Assembly: GCA_964016885.1 (NCBI GenBank)
Contig: OZ024745.1
Location: forward strand, 3,596,001-3,660,000
Length of the DNA: 64,000 nt
Direction of reading: 5' to 3'
Origin: Eledone cirrhosa
Taxonomy: Eukaryota
The notes beneath the pieces were generated by a model that was not told the DNA's origin, ran no database searches, and was given only the letters and a program-made list of their open reading frames with translations. The translations under genes were made by a program, and so were the position numbers. Shown here piece by piece: positions 11,584 to 23,900 of the stretch (the stretch's first letter is position 1; every line of letters starts with the position of its first letter).

Positions 11584-13678
11584 CATCATCATCATCATCA
11601 TCACCGTTTTACGTCCGTTCTTCCACGCTAGCATGGGTTAGACGGGTTGTCCTGTTGTGGGCAGTGTCTGGTCGGCTGACCATGCCTTGCTCATACAGGA
11701 ACTGATCTGGCTTGATTTCTACAGCTGGATGCCCTTCCTAACACCAACCTCATTTACAGTGAGTGCTGGGTGCTTTTTCGTGGCGCCTACACGTCCACTT
11801 TACAGTGTGGGCTGGGTGCTTTTTTGCCGTGGCACCTCCACGACCACCTTGCGGTGGGGGGAGTGGGGGCATATTGTTTATATGCTTCAGCATGTACCCA
11901 TGGGAGGTCGGGTACCCTGTATTACTGCGTGACGCCAGAAGTCACGGTCGTGTGTCATTGACTTTGAGAGGTGTAGTTGGGTAAGGTCGGCTTTTATCAC
12001 CTCATCCCAAGTCATCTTGGGTCTCCCCACTCCGCGGTTTCCATCAACTTCTAGTGCTCTGCACCTTTTTATGCAGCTGTCATCCTTCATACGCATCACA
12101 TGTCCATACCAGCGTAACCGCCTCTCCTGCACGCAGCATTTGATTCCTCTTATGCTCAGTCTCTCTCTCAATTCATTTATGCTTTGTCGTTCACGTATAT
12201 TACTGTTACACATCCATCGGAGCATGCAGGCTTCGTTTCTCTCTAATCTACGTAAGTCTTCCACCTTCAGCGCCCAGGTCTCACTACCATGCAACATCGC
12301 TGTTCGGATACACGCATCATACAGTCTGCCTTTCATTCTGAGGGAGAAGCCTTTTGCAGCTAGCAGTGGTAGTAGTTCCCTAAACTTCTTCCATCCCGTT
12401 CTTACCCTAGTTATTGTACTTTCTGAGCACCCACCTCCGTTGCTAATTCGGTCACCTAGGTAGCAGAAGCTGTCTACTGTTTCTACAGGGCCCTCCCAGA
12501 GATTGGTGGTACTTGTTTCCTGTGGCTGTTTGCTTGCTGTTTCAGCACAGCTGCTGCATGTGAATCCTACATTCTTAATTAAGCTTCCTGAGATCCCGCT
12601 ACATCTCTTGTGTACCCATTGTTTGCATTTGGGGCAAAGAATGGAGTTCCTACCTACACCTTTCCTACATACTGAGCAAGGCCATTTCCCTGAGGGGATC
12701 TGGGTTCTGTTTTCTCGTCTACTTAGTCTTACAAGGACCTTAGTCTTTGTCATGTTGACTTTGAGGCCCTTTCTCTCTAGTCCCTGCTTCCAGGTTTGGA
12801 ATTTATTCTCTAGTTCTACCATAGATTCAGCTATGAGTGCGAGGTCATCAGCATACAGGAGTTCCCATGGGCATCCGGTCTTAAACTCCTCCGTTATTGC
12901 CTGCAGGACTATGATGAACAGGAGAGGGCTAAGAACAGAGCCCTGGTGGACCCCAACCTGTACGCTAAATTCCTCGCTATACTCATTGCCAATCCTAACT
13001 TTGCTGACTGCTCCCCTATACATGGCTTGTACCGCTTTCACAAGCCATTCATCTACTCCTAGTTTTCTAAGAGCCCACCAGATTACTGCACGTGGAACTC
13101 TGTCAAAGGCTTTCTCAAGGTCGACAAATGCCAAGTAGAGTGGCTTACTTTTAGCTAGGTACTTTTCCTGTAATTGCCTCACAAGGAAGAGCGCATCAGT
13201 GGTGCCTTTCCCTGGAACAAACCCAAATTGCATCTCGTCTATATTCACCCGGTCCCTAATCAGCTGTGCTATAACTCTTTCTGTTACTTTCATGACCTGG
13301 TCCATCAACTTTATACCTCTATAGTTTCCTCTATCTAGTGCATCGCCTTTACCTTTGTAGCAGTTGACAATGATGCTACTGCACCAATCTTTTGGTATGG
13401 CCCCCTCTAGTATTACCTGGTTAACGATACGTGTGGTTATAGTGTGACCTACAGACCCAGATGCCTTCAGCATCTCGGCAGCTATACCCGATGGACCGGT
13501 TGCCTTCCCTATCTTCATATCTCTGATTGCCTTACTTACTACGCTGCCGCTGACTTGTACTGCTGGTCCCTCTATAGGGTCTACGTGGGGTAGGGTCTCT
13601 TCTTCCCATGCATTCTCCTCATTTAGTAATCTATCATAATGACTCTTCCATGCATCTTTCTTCTCAGCACTTGTGAGG
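11584..13678 (-). mobile_element. RTE family A copy, 5'-truncated, ORF uninterrupted over its length (coding 11887-13678)
   Basis: Near-identical reverse complement of ~5360-7441. (CAT)n tail at 11584-11603; TA microsatellite on both sides. Confidence 0.94.
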
Positions 13679-13860
13679 ATATATATACATATATATATAT
13701 ACATATATATATATACATATATATATATACATACATATATATATATACATATATATATATACATATATATATATACATATATATATATACATATATATAT
13801 ATACATATATATATATACATATATATATATACATATATATATATACATATATATATATAC

Positions 13861-13917
<57 letters not shown>

Positions 13918-13926
13918 CATATATAC

Positions 13927-13963
<37 letters not shown>

Positions 13964-14100
13964 CATATATACATATATATATATATACATATATATACAT
14001 ATATACATATATATATATATACATATATATATATACATATATATACATATATATATATATACATATATATATATACATATATATATACATATATATATAC

Positions 14101-14131
<31 letters not shown>

Positions 14132-14158
14132 CCTATATATATATACATATATATATAC

Positions 14159-14239
<81 letters not shown>

Positions 14240-14352
14240 CATATATATACATATATACATATATATATATATACATATATATATATACATATATATACAT
14301 ATATATATATATACATATATATATATACATATATATATACATATATATATAC

Positions 14353-14383
<31 letters not shown>

Positions 14384-14414
14384 CATATATATATATACAT
14401 ATATATATACATAC

Positions 14415-14479
<65 letters not shown>

Positions 14480-14480
14480 C

Positions 14481-14543
<63 letters not shown>

Positions 14544-14558
14544 CATATATATATATAC

Positions 14559-14589
<31 letters not shown>

Positions 14590-14618
14590 CATATATATAT
14601 ATACATATATATATATAC

Positions 14619-14665
<47 letters not shown>

Positions 14666-14680
14666 CATATATATATATAC

Positions 14681-14727
<47 letters not shown>

Positions 14728-14753
14728 CATATATATATATACATATATATATA
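13679..14753. repeat. ~1.1-kb (TA)nCA compound microsatellite
   Basis: Directly visible. Confidence 0.97.
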
Positions 14754-15189
14754 TTGGCGGTACTCAGTAACAGAGAAGACCCGCCTTACCTAAATATATA
14801 GTAAAACCTACTCCAGCCAGTAGGCATCTCTAACAAAATACACCCCGTCCCACCACCACCACCCCCACCCCATCCACACCACCCCGTTCTATGTAAAGTT
14901 ATGTTGGTGCCGCGCCATCCAGGCCGAAACAAATGAGATCGTGTAGGTGTCACGACAAAAAAACACACAGTCCACGCTGTAATGTGGCCGTGTAGGAAAC
15001 ACGGTAAAAACCTCCCAGACCCACACTGTAAATGTGGTTGGTGTTAGGAAGGGCATCCAACTGTAGAAAACCTGCCAGACAGTCCTATGCAAGCAAGACA
15101 ATCACTCTTGCTTCAAGTGGGACTACCCCCGTCCAAACCCATGCAAGCGTGGAACACGGACGTTAAACGTTGATGATGATGATGATGAT
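14754..15189 (+). mobile_element. RTE family B 3'-terminal fragment (last codons, 3'UTR, GAT tail)
   Basis: [12 protein letters not shown] followed by a 3'UTR matching 1966-2394 and 21367-21793. Confidence 0.92.
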
Positions 15190-15293
15190 ATACATACATA
15201 TATATATACATATATATATACATACATATATACATACATATATACATACATATATACATACATATATACATACATACATATATACATACATAT

Positions 15294-15376
<83 letters not shown>

Positions 15377-15391
15377 CATATATATATATAT
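15190..15391. repeat. (TA)n/(TACA)n microsatellite
   Basis: Directly visible. Confidence 0.95.
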
Positions 15392-15997
15392 GGTGGCTGC
15401 CACCTCGTCTTCGAGTACGGCCACTACTTTATATCCATGTAGAAGAACCCCTACCAATGCGCTGAACGAGTGTGACTTTTTAGTCCAGCCAGCGACTTGA
15501 AAACTCTGGTACAAACACTACACTTGTGACAATTATTGACACATAGTGCTGGGCCCATGGTACCCTGTGACGACAAGTGCAGAGAGATCTCCAGATATAA
15601 AGCAATGCCTGTGCCGTGAAGCTTTTATAGTGAGCAAAGGCACTGCACAAAGCCAGTCCCACTCTCTTAACCAAGATGATATTTACCAAAAAGAAGAACA
15701 AGTCAACATCATTGGATACCATCAGGGTTGCAGGTGTTATATCAGAGTTTTCCTTCTCCTAGAATTCTGCCTTGACAAAGACTAAGGGGTCATCTCTCCC
15801 GGTGATTTTGGATGGCCATTGACTCTTAAGAGCTCCTTTGCCCTTTGACAGGTTTTGTTTTTAGTCCTGCAGGATGTCCAACTTCACCCTCCTCACCAAG
15901 AAACCTCGGTGGGGTTGCCAGTTTAGTCGCCAACGACCCGACCATGAGTCAGGTTGTACTGGGATACATGTTACCAGTAGCACCAACTGGTGACCTG
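15392..15997 (-). mobile_element. Probable non-coding fragment of another retroelement (structured leader-like sequence)
   Basis: Higher-GC island between two TA tracts, with several hairpins. The minus-strand motif CTAGGAGAAGGAAAACTCTGA resembles RTE-type leader sequences, from memory only. Confidence 0.4.
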
Positions 15998-16239
15998 ATA
16001 TACATATATATATACATACATATATATATACATACATATATATATACATACATATATATATACATACATATATATATACATATATATATATACATACATA
16101 TACATATATACATATACATATACATACATATATATACATACATATACATATACATATATATATACATACATACATACATATACATACATATATATATATA
16201 CATATATATACATATATACTTATACATACATATATATAC

Positions 16240-16274
<35 letters not shown>

Positions 16275-16617
16275 CATATACATACATATATATACATACA
16301 TATACATATATATATATACATACATATACATATACATATATACATACATATACATATATATATATACATATATACATATACATATACATATATATATACA
16401 TATATATATACATATATATATACATATATATATACATATATATATATACATATATATATATACATATACATATATACACATATATATATATACATATATA
16501 TATACATATATATATATACATATACATATATACACATATATATATATACATATATATATACATATATATATATATACATATATATATACATATATATATA
16601 TACATATACATATATAC

Positions 16618-16648
<31 letters not shown>

Positions 16649-17783
16649 CATATATATATATACATATATATATATACATATATATACACATATATATACA
16701 TATATATATACATATATATATATACACATATATATATACACATATATATATACACATATATATATACACATATATATATACACATATATATATACACATA
16801 TATATATACACATATATATATACACATATATATATACACATATATATACACATATATATATATACACATATATATATACACACATATATATATACACATA
16901 TATATATATACACATATATATATACACATATATATATACACATATATATATACATATATATACACATATATATACACATATATATACACATATATATACA
17001 CATATATATACATATATATATACATATATATATACATATATATATACATATATATATATACATATATATATACATATACATATATATATACATATATATA
17101 TACATATATATATATATACATATATATATACACATATATATATATATACACATATATATATATATACACATATATATATATATACACATATATATACATA
17201 TATATACATATATATACATATATATATACATATATACATACATATATACATATATATACACATATATACATATATATACACATATATATATACACATATA
17301 TATATACATATATATACACATATATATATATACATATATATACACATATATATATACATATATATACACATATATATATACATATAAATACATATATATA
17401 CACATATATACATATACATATATACATATATATACATATACACATATATATACATATACACATATATATACATATACATATATATACATATACATATATA
17501 TACATATACATATATATACATATACATATATATACATATACATATATATACATATACATATATATACATATACATATATATACATATACATATATATACA
17601 TATACATATATACATATACACATATATATATACATATACATATATACATATACATATATACATATATATACATATACATATATATATATACATATATATA
17701 CATATACATATATATACATATAAATATATATATATACAATATATATACATATAAATATATATATATATACAATATATAATATA
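15998..17783. repeat. ~1.8-kb TA/CA compound microsatellite
   Basis: Directly visible. Confidence 0.97.
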
Positions 17784-20700
17784 TTTCTGGGATGGCTCTT
17801 CCTGCGGTATAAAGTAACGTTCAAATATTTTTCTCGATTCTTCTCTCCATTCGAACCCATTCATTCAATCACTATTCTATGTCCTAATTTCACACTATAC
17901 CATATTTTCACCATTCTATATCATATTTTTTCTCTAAAAATCATATTTTCCCTATCACCGCATTTTCTCTATCGTATTTTCTTAAACAAAACAAATCTTG
18001 TATTTTCGTTTATTGTTAAATTATGCCCAAAATACGGCGATCTTATCTTAAACCTTACATTCTCGCTAACAACCCATCATCCCTCCCACCCGCCCCCATG
18101 CACCACCATTATTACGTGGACCAATCATAAGTCAGAGGCCCATACTATCGCTTAACTGGTTGCTTTTCAATATGATGGATGGACTACGGAATTCTGGAGA
18201 GTTGAAGAGAGAAAAATGTGGACGCTCAGCGACAATGCCAAAGATAAAGACAAATTCACCTCGTGGACGAGAATGCAAGCACTCCGCCTTGTTTCGGCCC
18301 AGGATGGCTAACATAACCCCATCCCCCCCCCCCCCCCCCCCGCTCCCACCCTCCAAACGCAATCCAAAACTTCAGAGTTGGTACCATGAATGTAGGCACC
18401 TTAAAGATTCGCTCTAACGAGGTTGTAGAAATGCTTGAACGTAAGGAGGTTGATGTTTGTTGTATTCAAGAGACCAGGTGGAGGGGAGGGTCGGCTAGAT
18501 TCATCGTGGGTAAAGAACGATGCTATAAGCTTTTCTGGGTGGGAAATGACAATGGGTTGGGTGGGGTAGGAATCATGGTAGCAGAAAAATGGGCAGATAA
18601 GATAATAGACGTAAATAGAGTGAACGACAGAATAATTAAAATAAGACTTGTCCTCAATAAAACTACGGTGACAGTAATATCTGCGTACGCACCACAATCC
18701 GGACTGCCCGGTGCTATAAAAGACAGATTCTACGAGACACTGATGCTCGCTACCTCCCAAATAACCGACAGTGACTATATAGTTATTGCAGGCGACCTAA
18801 ATGGTCACGTTGGACAACATTGTGACGGCTATGACGGAATCCATGGAGGCTATGGGTTCGGTACTAGAAATGAGGAAGGCTCCAGAATCCTGGAATTCTG
18901 CGATGCAAATAACTTAACTATCTGTAACACTAACTTCAATAAACGAGACAATCACTTGATCACCTATAGATCGGGGGAACACACAAGCCAGGTAGATTAT
19001 ATCCTTACCAGAAGACGTGACAGAGTGTCTGTTGTTAACACTAAATCCCTCACCCATGAAGAATTCACCTCCCAACATAGACTGATAATTAGCGACCTCA
19101 TAGTCAGGACGAGACGTACTAGACAGCGGAAGAGGACTATCCTCAGGAGAAAAATATGGAAGCTAAAGGACCCCATAGCCAGAAATAAATTTCAAAGCAT
19201 ATTACTTGATGCTTTCGACAGTAAGGAAGAGCAATTAGAGTCGTATAATATAGAGGAACAGTGGGAATTCCTGAGAGCAAACCTGCTGACGGCGGCAGAC
19301 GAAGTCTGTGGCTGGAGCAGGCCTGTAGGTAGGAGGAGAGTAACATGGTGGTGGAACAGTAAGGTGGAGGAGTCAATTAAGGCCAAAAAGCAGGCTTGGA
19401 AAGCATGGCGGGATGGGGGAAGTAGAGAAGACTATCAAGTGGCCAGGAGGGAAGCTAGGAGACAAGTGTACTTCGCAAGAAGGGAAGCAGAGGAAAGAAA
19501 GTTCAAGCATGTTCTACAACGTGAGGACCAAAAACGTGAGGTGTTCAGGATTGCCAGGCAATGTGTCAAGGAAAACCGTGATATTGTCGGGGAGAAGTGT
19601 GTACTTAACGATGATGGCATACTTGCCATCACCGACGCTGATAAGAAGGTAGCTTGGAAGTGTCACTACGAAAGGCTTCTAAATGAGGAGAACAAATGGG
19701 AGAAAGACAGTCTCCCCCACATCGACCCGATAGAGGGACCAGCAGTGTTAGTCCAGGGTAGTACAATAAGCAAGGCAATCAAAGATATGAAGACGGGTAA
19801 GGCGGCTGGTCCTTCGGAAATAGTTGCTGAGATGCTGAAGGCATCTGGTTCGGTGGGACACACCATGGTCACCCGGATAGTTAACCAAGTCGTACAGAAT
19901 GGGGTTGTTCCGAAGGACTGGCGTAGCAGCATCATAGTTAACTGCTATAAGGGAAAAGGAGATGCCCTAGATAGGAGTAACTATAGAGGCATTAAATTAA
20001 TCGACCAGGTCATGAAGGTCACGGAAAAAGTAATAGCGCAACTAATCAGAGAGAGAATTGATCTAGATGAAATGCAGTTCGGATTTGTGTCAGGCAAAAG
20101 TACCACAGACGCTCTTTTCATTGTACGACAACTACAGGAGAAGTACCTAACTAAAAGTAAACCCCTATACTTAGCTTTCGTCGACTTGGAGAAAGCCTTC
20201 GACAGAGTCCCCCGTTCCATTATCTGGTGGTCTCTTAGAAAACTAGGTGTTGACGTATGGCTTGTGAGAGCTATACAAGCCATGTAGAAAGAAACAGTCA
20301 GTAAGGTTAGAATTAACAACGAATATAGTGAAGAGTTTAGCGTAAAAGTTGGTGTCCATCAGGGCTCTGTTCTTAGCCCCCTACTATTTATTATTGCCCT
20401 TCAGGCTATAACAGAGGAGATCAAGACCGGGTGCCCATGGGAACTCCTATATGCAGATGATCTAACGCTCATAGCTGAATCAATGGCCGAACTAGAGAAG
20501 AAATTCCAAACATGGAAGCACGGCCTAGAATCAAAAGGCCTTAAAATTAACCTGGCTAAGACTAAAGTTCTAGTTTGTAGGAAAGAAAATAAGGCGGCAG
20601 TCCCATCTGGGAAATGGCCATGCTCAGTGTGTAGGAAAGGCATAGGTAGAAACTCCATTTTATGTCCCAAATGCAAAGTATGGGTGCATAAAAGATGTAG

Positions 20701-21793
20701 TGGGATCACAGGTAAGCTAACTAAGAACATAGATTTTACATGTGGCCGGTGCTCTGGTGCAATAAGTAGCAGCAAGTGCCCAAAAAATACTAGCTCCTTC
20801 AACTGCGCAGAGGGTTCTATAGAAATAGTGGACAGCTTCCGTTACCTGGGTGACAAAATCAGCAGTGGGGGAGGGTGCTCTGAAAGTACAGTAGCTAGAG
20901 TCAGAACTGGATGGAAAAGGTTCAGAGAGCTTATACCACTATTAGCCGCTAGAGGGTTCTCCCTAAAAATGAAAGGCAGGTTATACGATGCCTGCATATG
21001 AACAGCAATGCTGCTTGGCAGTGAGACCTGGGCATTGTGTGCAGAGGATATACGCAGACTAGAGAGGAACGAAGCTTGCATGCTCCGCTGGATGTGCAAT
21101 AGTAATATACGTGAACGGCAAAGCATAAACGAACTAAGGAAAAAATTAGAAATAAGAGGGATCAGATGTTGTTTACTCGAGAGAAGTCTACGTTGGTACG
21201 GTCACGTGATGCGCATGAAAGACGACAGCTGTATAACAAAGTGCAGGGCAATAAAGATAGACGGTAGCCACGGAGTAGGCAGACCCAGAAAAACATGGGA
21301 CGAGCTGATAAATTCCGACCTCACACGCTTACACCTCTCCAAGCCAATGTCACTGGACCGAGACCTTTGGCGGTACTCAGTAATAGAGAAGACCCGCCTT
21401 ACCTAAATACAAAGTAAAAACCTACTACAGTCAGTAGGCATCTCTATCAAAACACCCCCCCCGTCCCACCACCTCCACCCCATCCACACCGCCCCTTTCA
21501 ATGTACAGTTATGTTGGTCCCACAACATCCAGGCCGAAACAAATGAGATCGTGTAGGTGTCACGACAAAAAACACACAGTCCACGCTGTAAATGTGGCCG
21601 TGTAGGCAACACGGTAAAAACCTCCCAGCCCCACACTGTAAATGTGGTTGGTGTTAGGAAGGGCATCCAGCTGTAGAAAACCCGCCAGACAGTCCTATGC
21701 GAGCAAGACAACCACTCTTGCCTCAAGTGGGAAAACCCCACGTCCAAACCCATGCAAGCGTGGAACACGGACGCTAAACCTGATGATGATGAT
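17784..21793 (+). mobile_element. RTE family B, apparently full length, inactivated
   Basis: GC box and CCAAT leader. APE-RT ORF pieces at 18386-20287, 20483-21001 and 21008-21406 share one frame, with TAG at 20285 and TGA at 20999. A probable frameshift lies near the poly-C tract at ~18323-18341. (GAT)n tail; TA tracts on both sides. Confidence 0.92.
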
Positions 21794-21798
21794 TATAC

Positions 21799-21829
<31 letters not shown>

Positions 21830-21854
21830 CATATATATATACATATATATATAC

Positions 21855-21900
<46 letters not shown>

Positions 21901-21908
21901 AGAGAGAG

Positions 21909-21967
<59 letters not shown>
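21794..21967. repeat. (TA)n followed by (GA)n microsatellite
   Basis: Directly visible. Confidence 0.95.
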
Positions 21968-21968
<1 letters not shown>

Positions 21969-22338
21969 GCACATGGCTTAGTGGTTAGAGCATTGGCCTT
22001 GCAATCGAAAGGTTGTGAGTTCAATTCTCAGACCGGGTGATGTGTTGTTTCCTTGAGCAAGACACTTTATTTCACATTGCTCCAGTTTACTCAGCTGTAG
22101 AAATGAGATGATAGGACTGGGGTCCCTATCATTCCACTGTAAAGTGGTCGTGGAGGTGCCACGGCAAAAAAGCACCCACCACTCACTGTAAATGAGGTTG
22201 GTGTTAGGAAGGGCATCCAGCTGTAGAAATCAAGCCAGAATCAGTTCCCGTCCAACCCTTGCAAGCAGGGAAAAGTGGACGTAAAATGATGATGATGCAT
22301 GCAAGCGTGGAAGATGGACGTTAAATGATGATGATGAT
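21968..22338 (+). mobile_element. tRNA-derived SINE with CORE-like central domain and RTE family A-type 3' tail
   Basis: Pol III A box TGGCTTAGTGG (21974) and B box GAGTTCAATTC (22017). Central CCTTGAGCAAGACACTT...CAGCTGTAGAAATGAG. Bases 22140-22250 match the RTE-A 3'UTR (7178-7328). Ends in two (GAT)n tails. Confidence 0.88.
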
Positions 22339-22678
22339 ATATATATATATATATAGTTGCTGCAGATTATTATTATTATATAGAAACTGTGTAATATGAT
22401 GGCTCCTGCAGCCTAATGGTGTCAGTCATCACTAAACTAGTAATTGGTGTAGGTAAATGGTCGGGACATAAGATGGACATGTGTGGTTATACTCCGTACT
22501 CTTCCTTCAGCAGTTTGGGTCTGGTGAATGTATATATTTATGGCTGACATTTGCTTGAGTTCATGGATGGCTTTGGTTTAATATGTATTTACGTTGAAGT
22601 TAAGAAATTGACTGTCTTAGTAATATATACATCTTTCTTCTAGGGTAACCAAAAAGACACAAATAAAAAGTCACTCAC

Positions 22679-22756
22679 TAATAGTGTGTGTATTTGAGCT
22701 CCATGAGTTGAAAATAACCTGGGTTGTTGTTGACAGACATTACAAGCCTGGAAGAT
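22679..22756 (-). CDS. MAU2: MAU2 (Scc4) internal exon, 78 nt, phase 0/0
   Basis: TTTTTATCTTCCAG|...|GTGAGT. Encodes IFQACNVCQQQPRLFSTHGAQIHTLL, matching vertebrate MAU2 ISQVCQLCQQSPRLFSNHAAQLHTLL as recalled. Confidence 0.92.
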
Positions 22757-22779
22757 CTGGAAGATAAAAATATACAGCA

Positions 22780-22940
22780 TTAAAATAAGGTATCAGTAAT
22801 GCACTGGGGTCAATTTAGTCAACTTTCCTCTCCTCTTCAAATTGCTGGCCTTGTGCAAAAAGTTGAAACTATTATTATTATTGGGAGAGGATTGGCAATA
22901 TCGGAAGAGTGTCGGACAACATGCTTTGTGTATTATAGTT
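22780..22940 (+). mobile_element. Degenerate SINE fragments
   Basis: CACTGGGGTCAATTTAGTCAAC...AAATTGCTGGCCTTGTGCAAAAAGTTGAAAC followed by an (ATT)n tail. Resembles cephalopod SINE 3' ends, from memory. Confidence 0.45.
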
Positions 22941-23099
22941 ACTGTTTTCCTCATATAGTAGACCATACTGACAGCTATTTCCTTCTCATTTAGTTGCAGG
23001 TATTAACAGCATTGGCTGGTCAGCAGGTCAATGGTTGCCACAACCAGCATAGCTATATTTTCTACTCTTAGTCTTTTCTAGCACAGTATCTCTTTACTT

Positions 23100-23580
23100 G
23101 TTGCGGTCCTTTGTCATCTCTTCTGAGAACATCAGAGATTTGAAATCAGCTCCTACAACCTTAAGTCTTCCTTAGACACCTACTGCAATTTCCTTCCACT
23201 GGGATTTCTTGACACTTCTTCAGCCAACAATCATCATCCATCTGCACAACATGTACATACCAGTGCAGTCTTCTCTCCTACACACTACATCTGATTTCTC
23301 TTACATCCAGCTTTTCTTTCAGTTGATTCACACATGTTAACATTACATCCAGTCGAGTATGTTCACTTCATTTGTCTTTAACCTTCACATATCCTCTACA
23401 TTTACTGCCTGTGTCTCACAACATCACACAAGGCATCATACAGTCGGCCTTTCATTCAGTTAGAAACCTTTTTTTATCCCGTCCTTATTCTAAGTACTAT
23501 GGTCTCAGTGCAAACCTTTCCACTGCTAATTAGACCACCTAGGAACAAGGTAGTAGAAGCTATCAACTACTTCTATGGAT
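23100..23580 (-). mobile_element. Old degenerate RTE 3' coding fragment
   Basis: Minus-strand remnants IEVVDSFYYL, GRLYDA and ERRLHWYVHVVQMDDDCWLKKC align with the C-terminus of the RTE ORFs in this window. Confidence 0.75.
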
Positions 23581-23624
23581 AACATTAATATGAAATAAGA
23601 AGAAAGTAAAATTGATTGACTTAC

Positions 23625-23728
23625 TTCTTGGATGGCTGCAGACTTACTTCCCATTATTAGACGACACATGACAATATGTTCAAGCAGCATCAATTGGAAT
23701 GATGATAAGAGGGGGTGGGCATCCAGCA
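23625..23728 (-). CDS. MAU2: MAU2 internal exon, 104 nt, phase 1/0
   Basis: TATAG|TG...GAA|GTAAGT. Encodes (M)LDAHPLLSSFQLMLLEHIVMCRLIMGSKSAAIQE, versus human [35 protein letters not shown] as recalled. Confidence 0.95.
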
Positions 23729-23793
23729 CTATATAGACAAGAAAAACTTTGGTTTAATTTCATCAATACACATATATATATGTTATTTTACAT

Positions 23794-23900
23794 TTAACCC
23801 TTTAGCATTCAAACCAGTTGTATCCGGCCAGAATTCTCTCACCTTTTTCAGTTCAAACCGGCTGTAACCGACCACTCATACCAACGTTAAGGTATTCTTC
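23794..23900 (+). mobile_element. Possible single end of a piggyBac-type MITE
   Basis: TTAA followed by CCCTTTAGCATT is a piggyBac-like terminus. No matching AAAGGGTTAA end was found nearby. Confidence 0.35.

Noticed and set aside
11887-14730. 947-aa ORF with a long YI-repeat N-terminus fused to RT
   Set aside because: Artefact of a 5'-truncated RTE abutting a stop-free TA/CA microsatellite at 13678; not a real fusion protein.
13623-17864. Many long Y/I/H/T/M/C-rich ORFs (also 3282-3660 and 21642-22024)
   Set aside because: Translations of microsatellites.
21968-22040. tRNA gene
   Set aside because: A and B boxes are present but there is no convincing acceptor stem; it continues into a SINE body and LINE tail.
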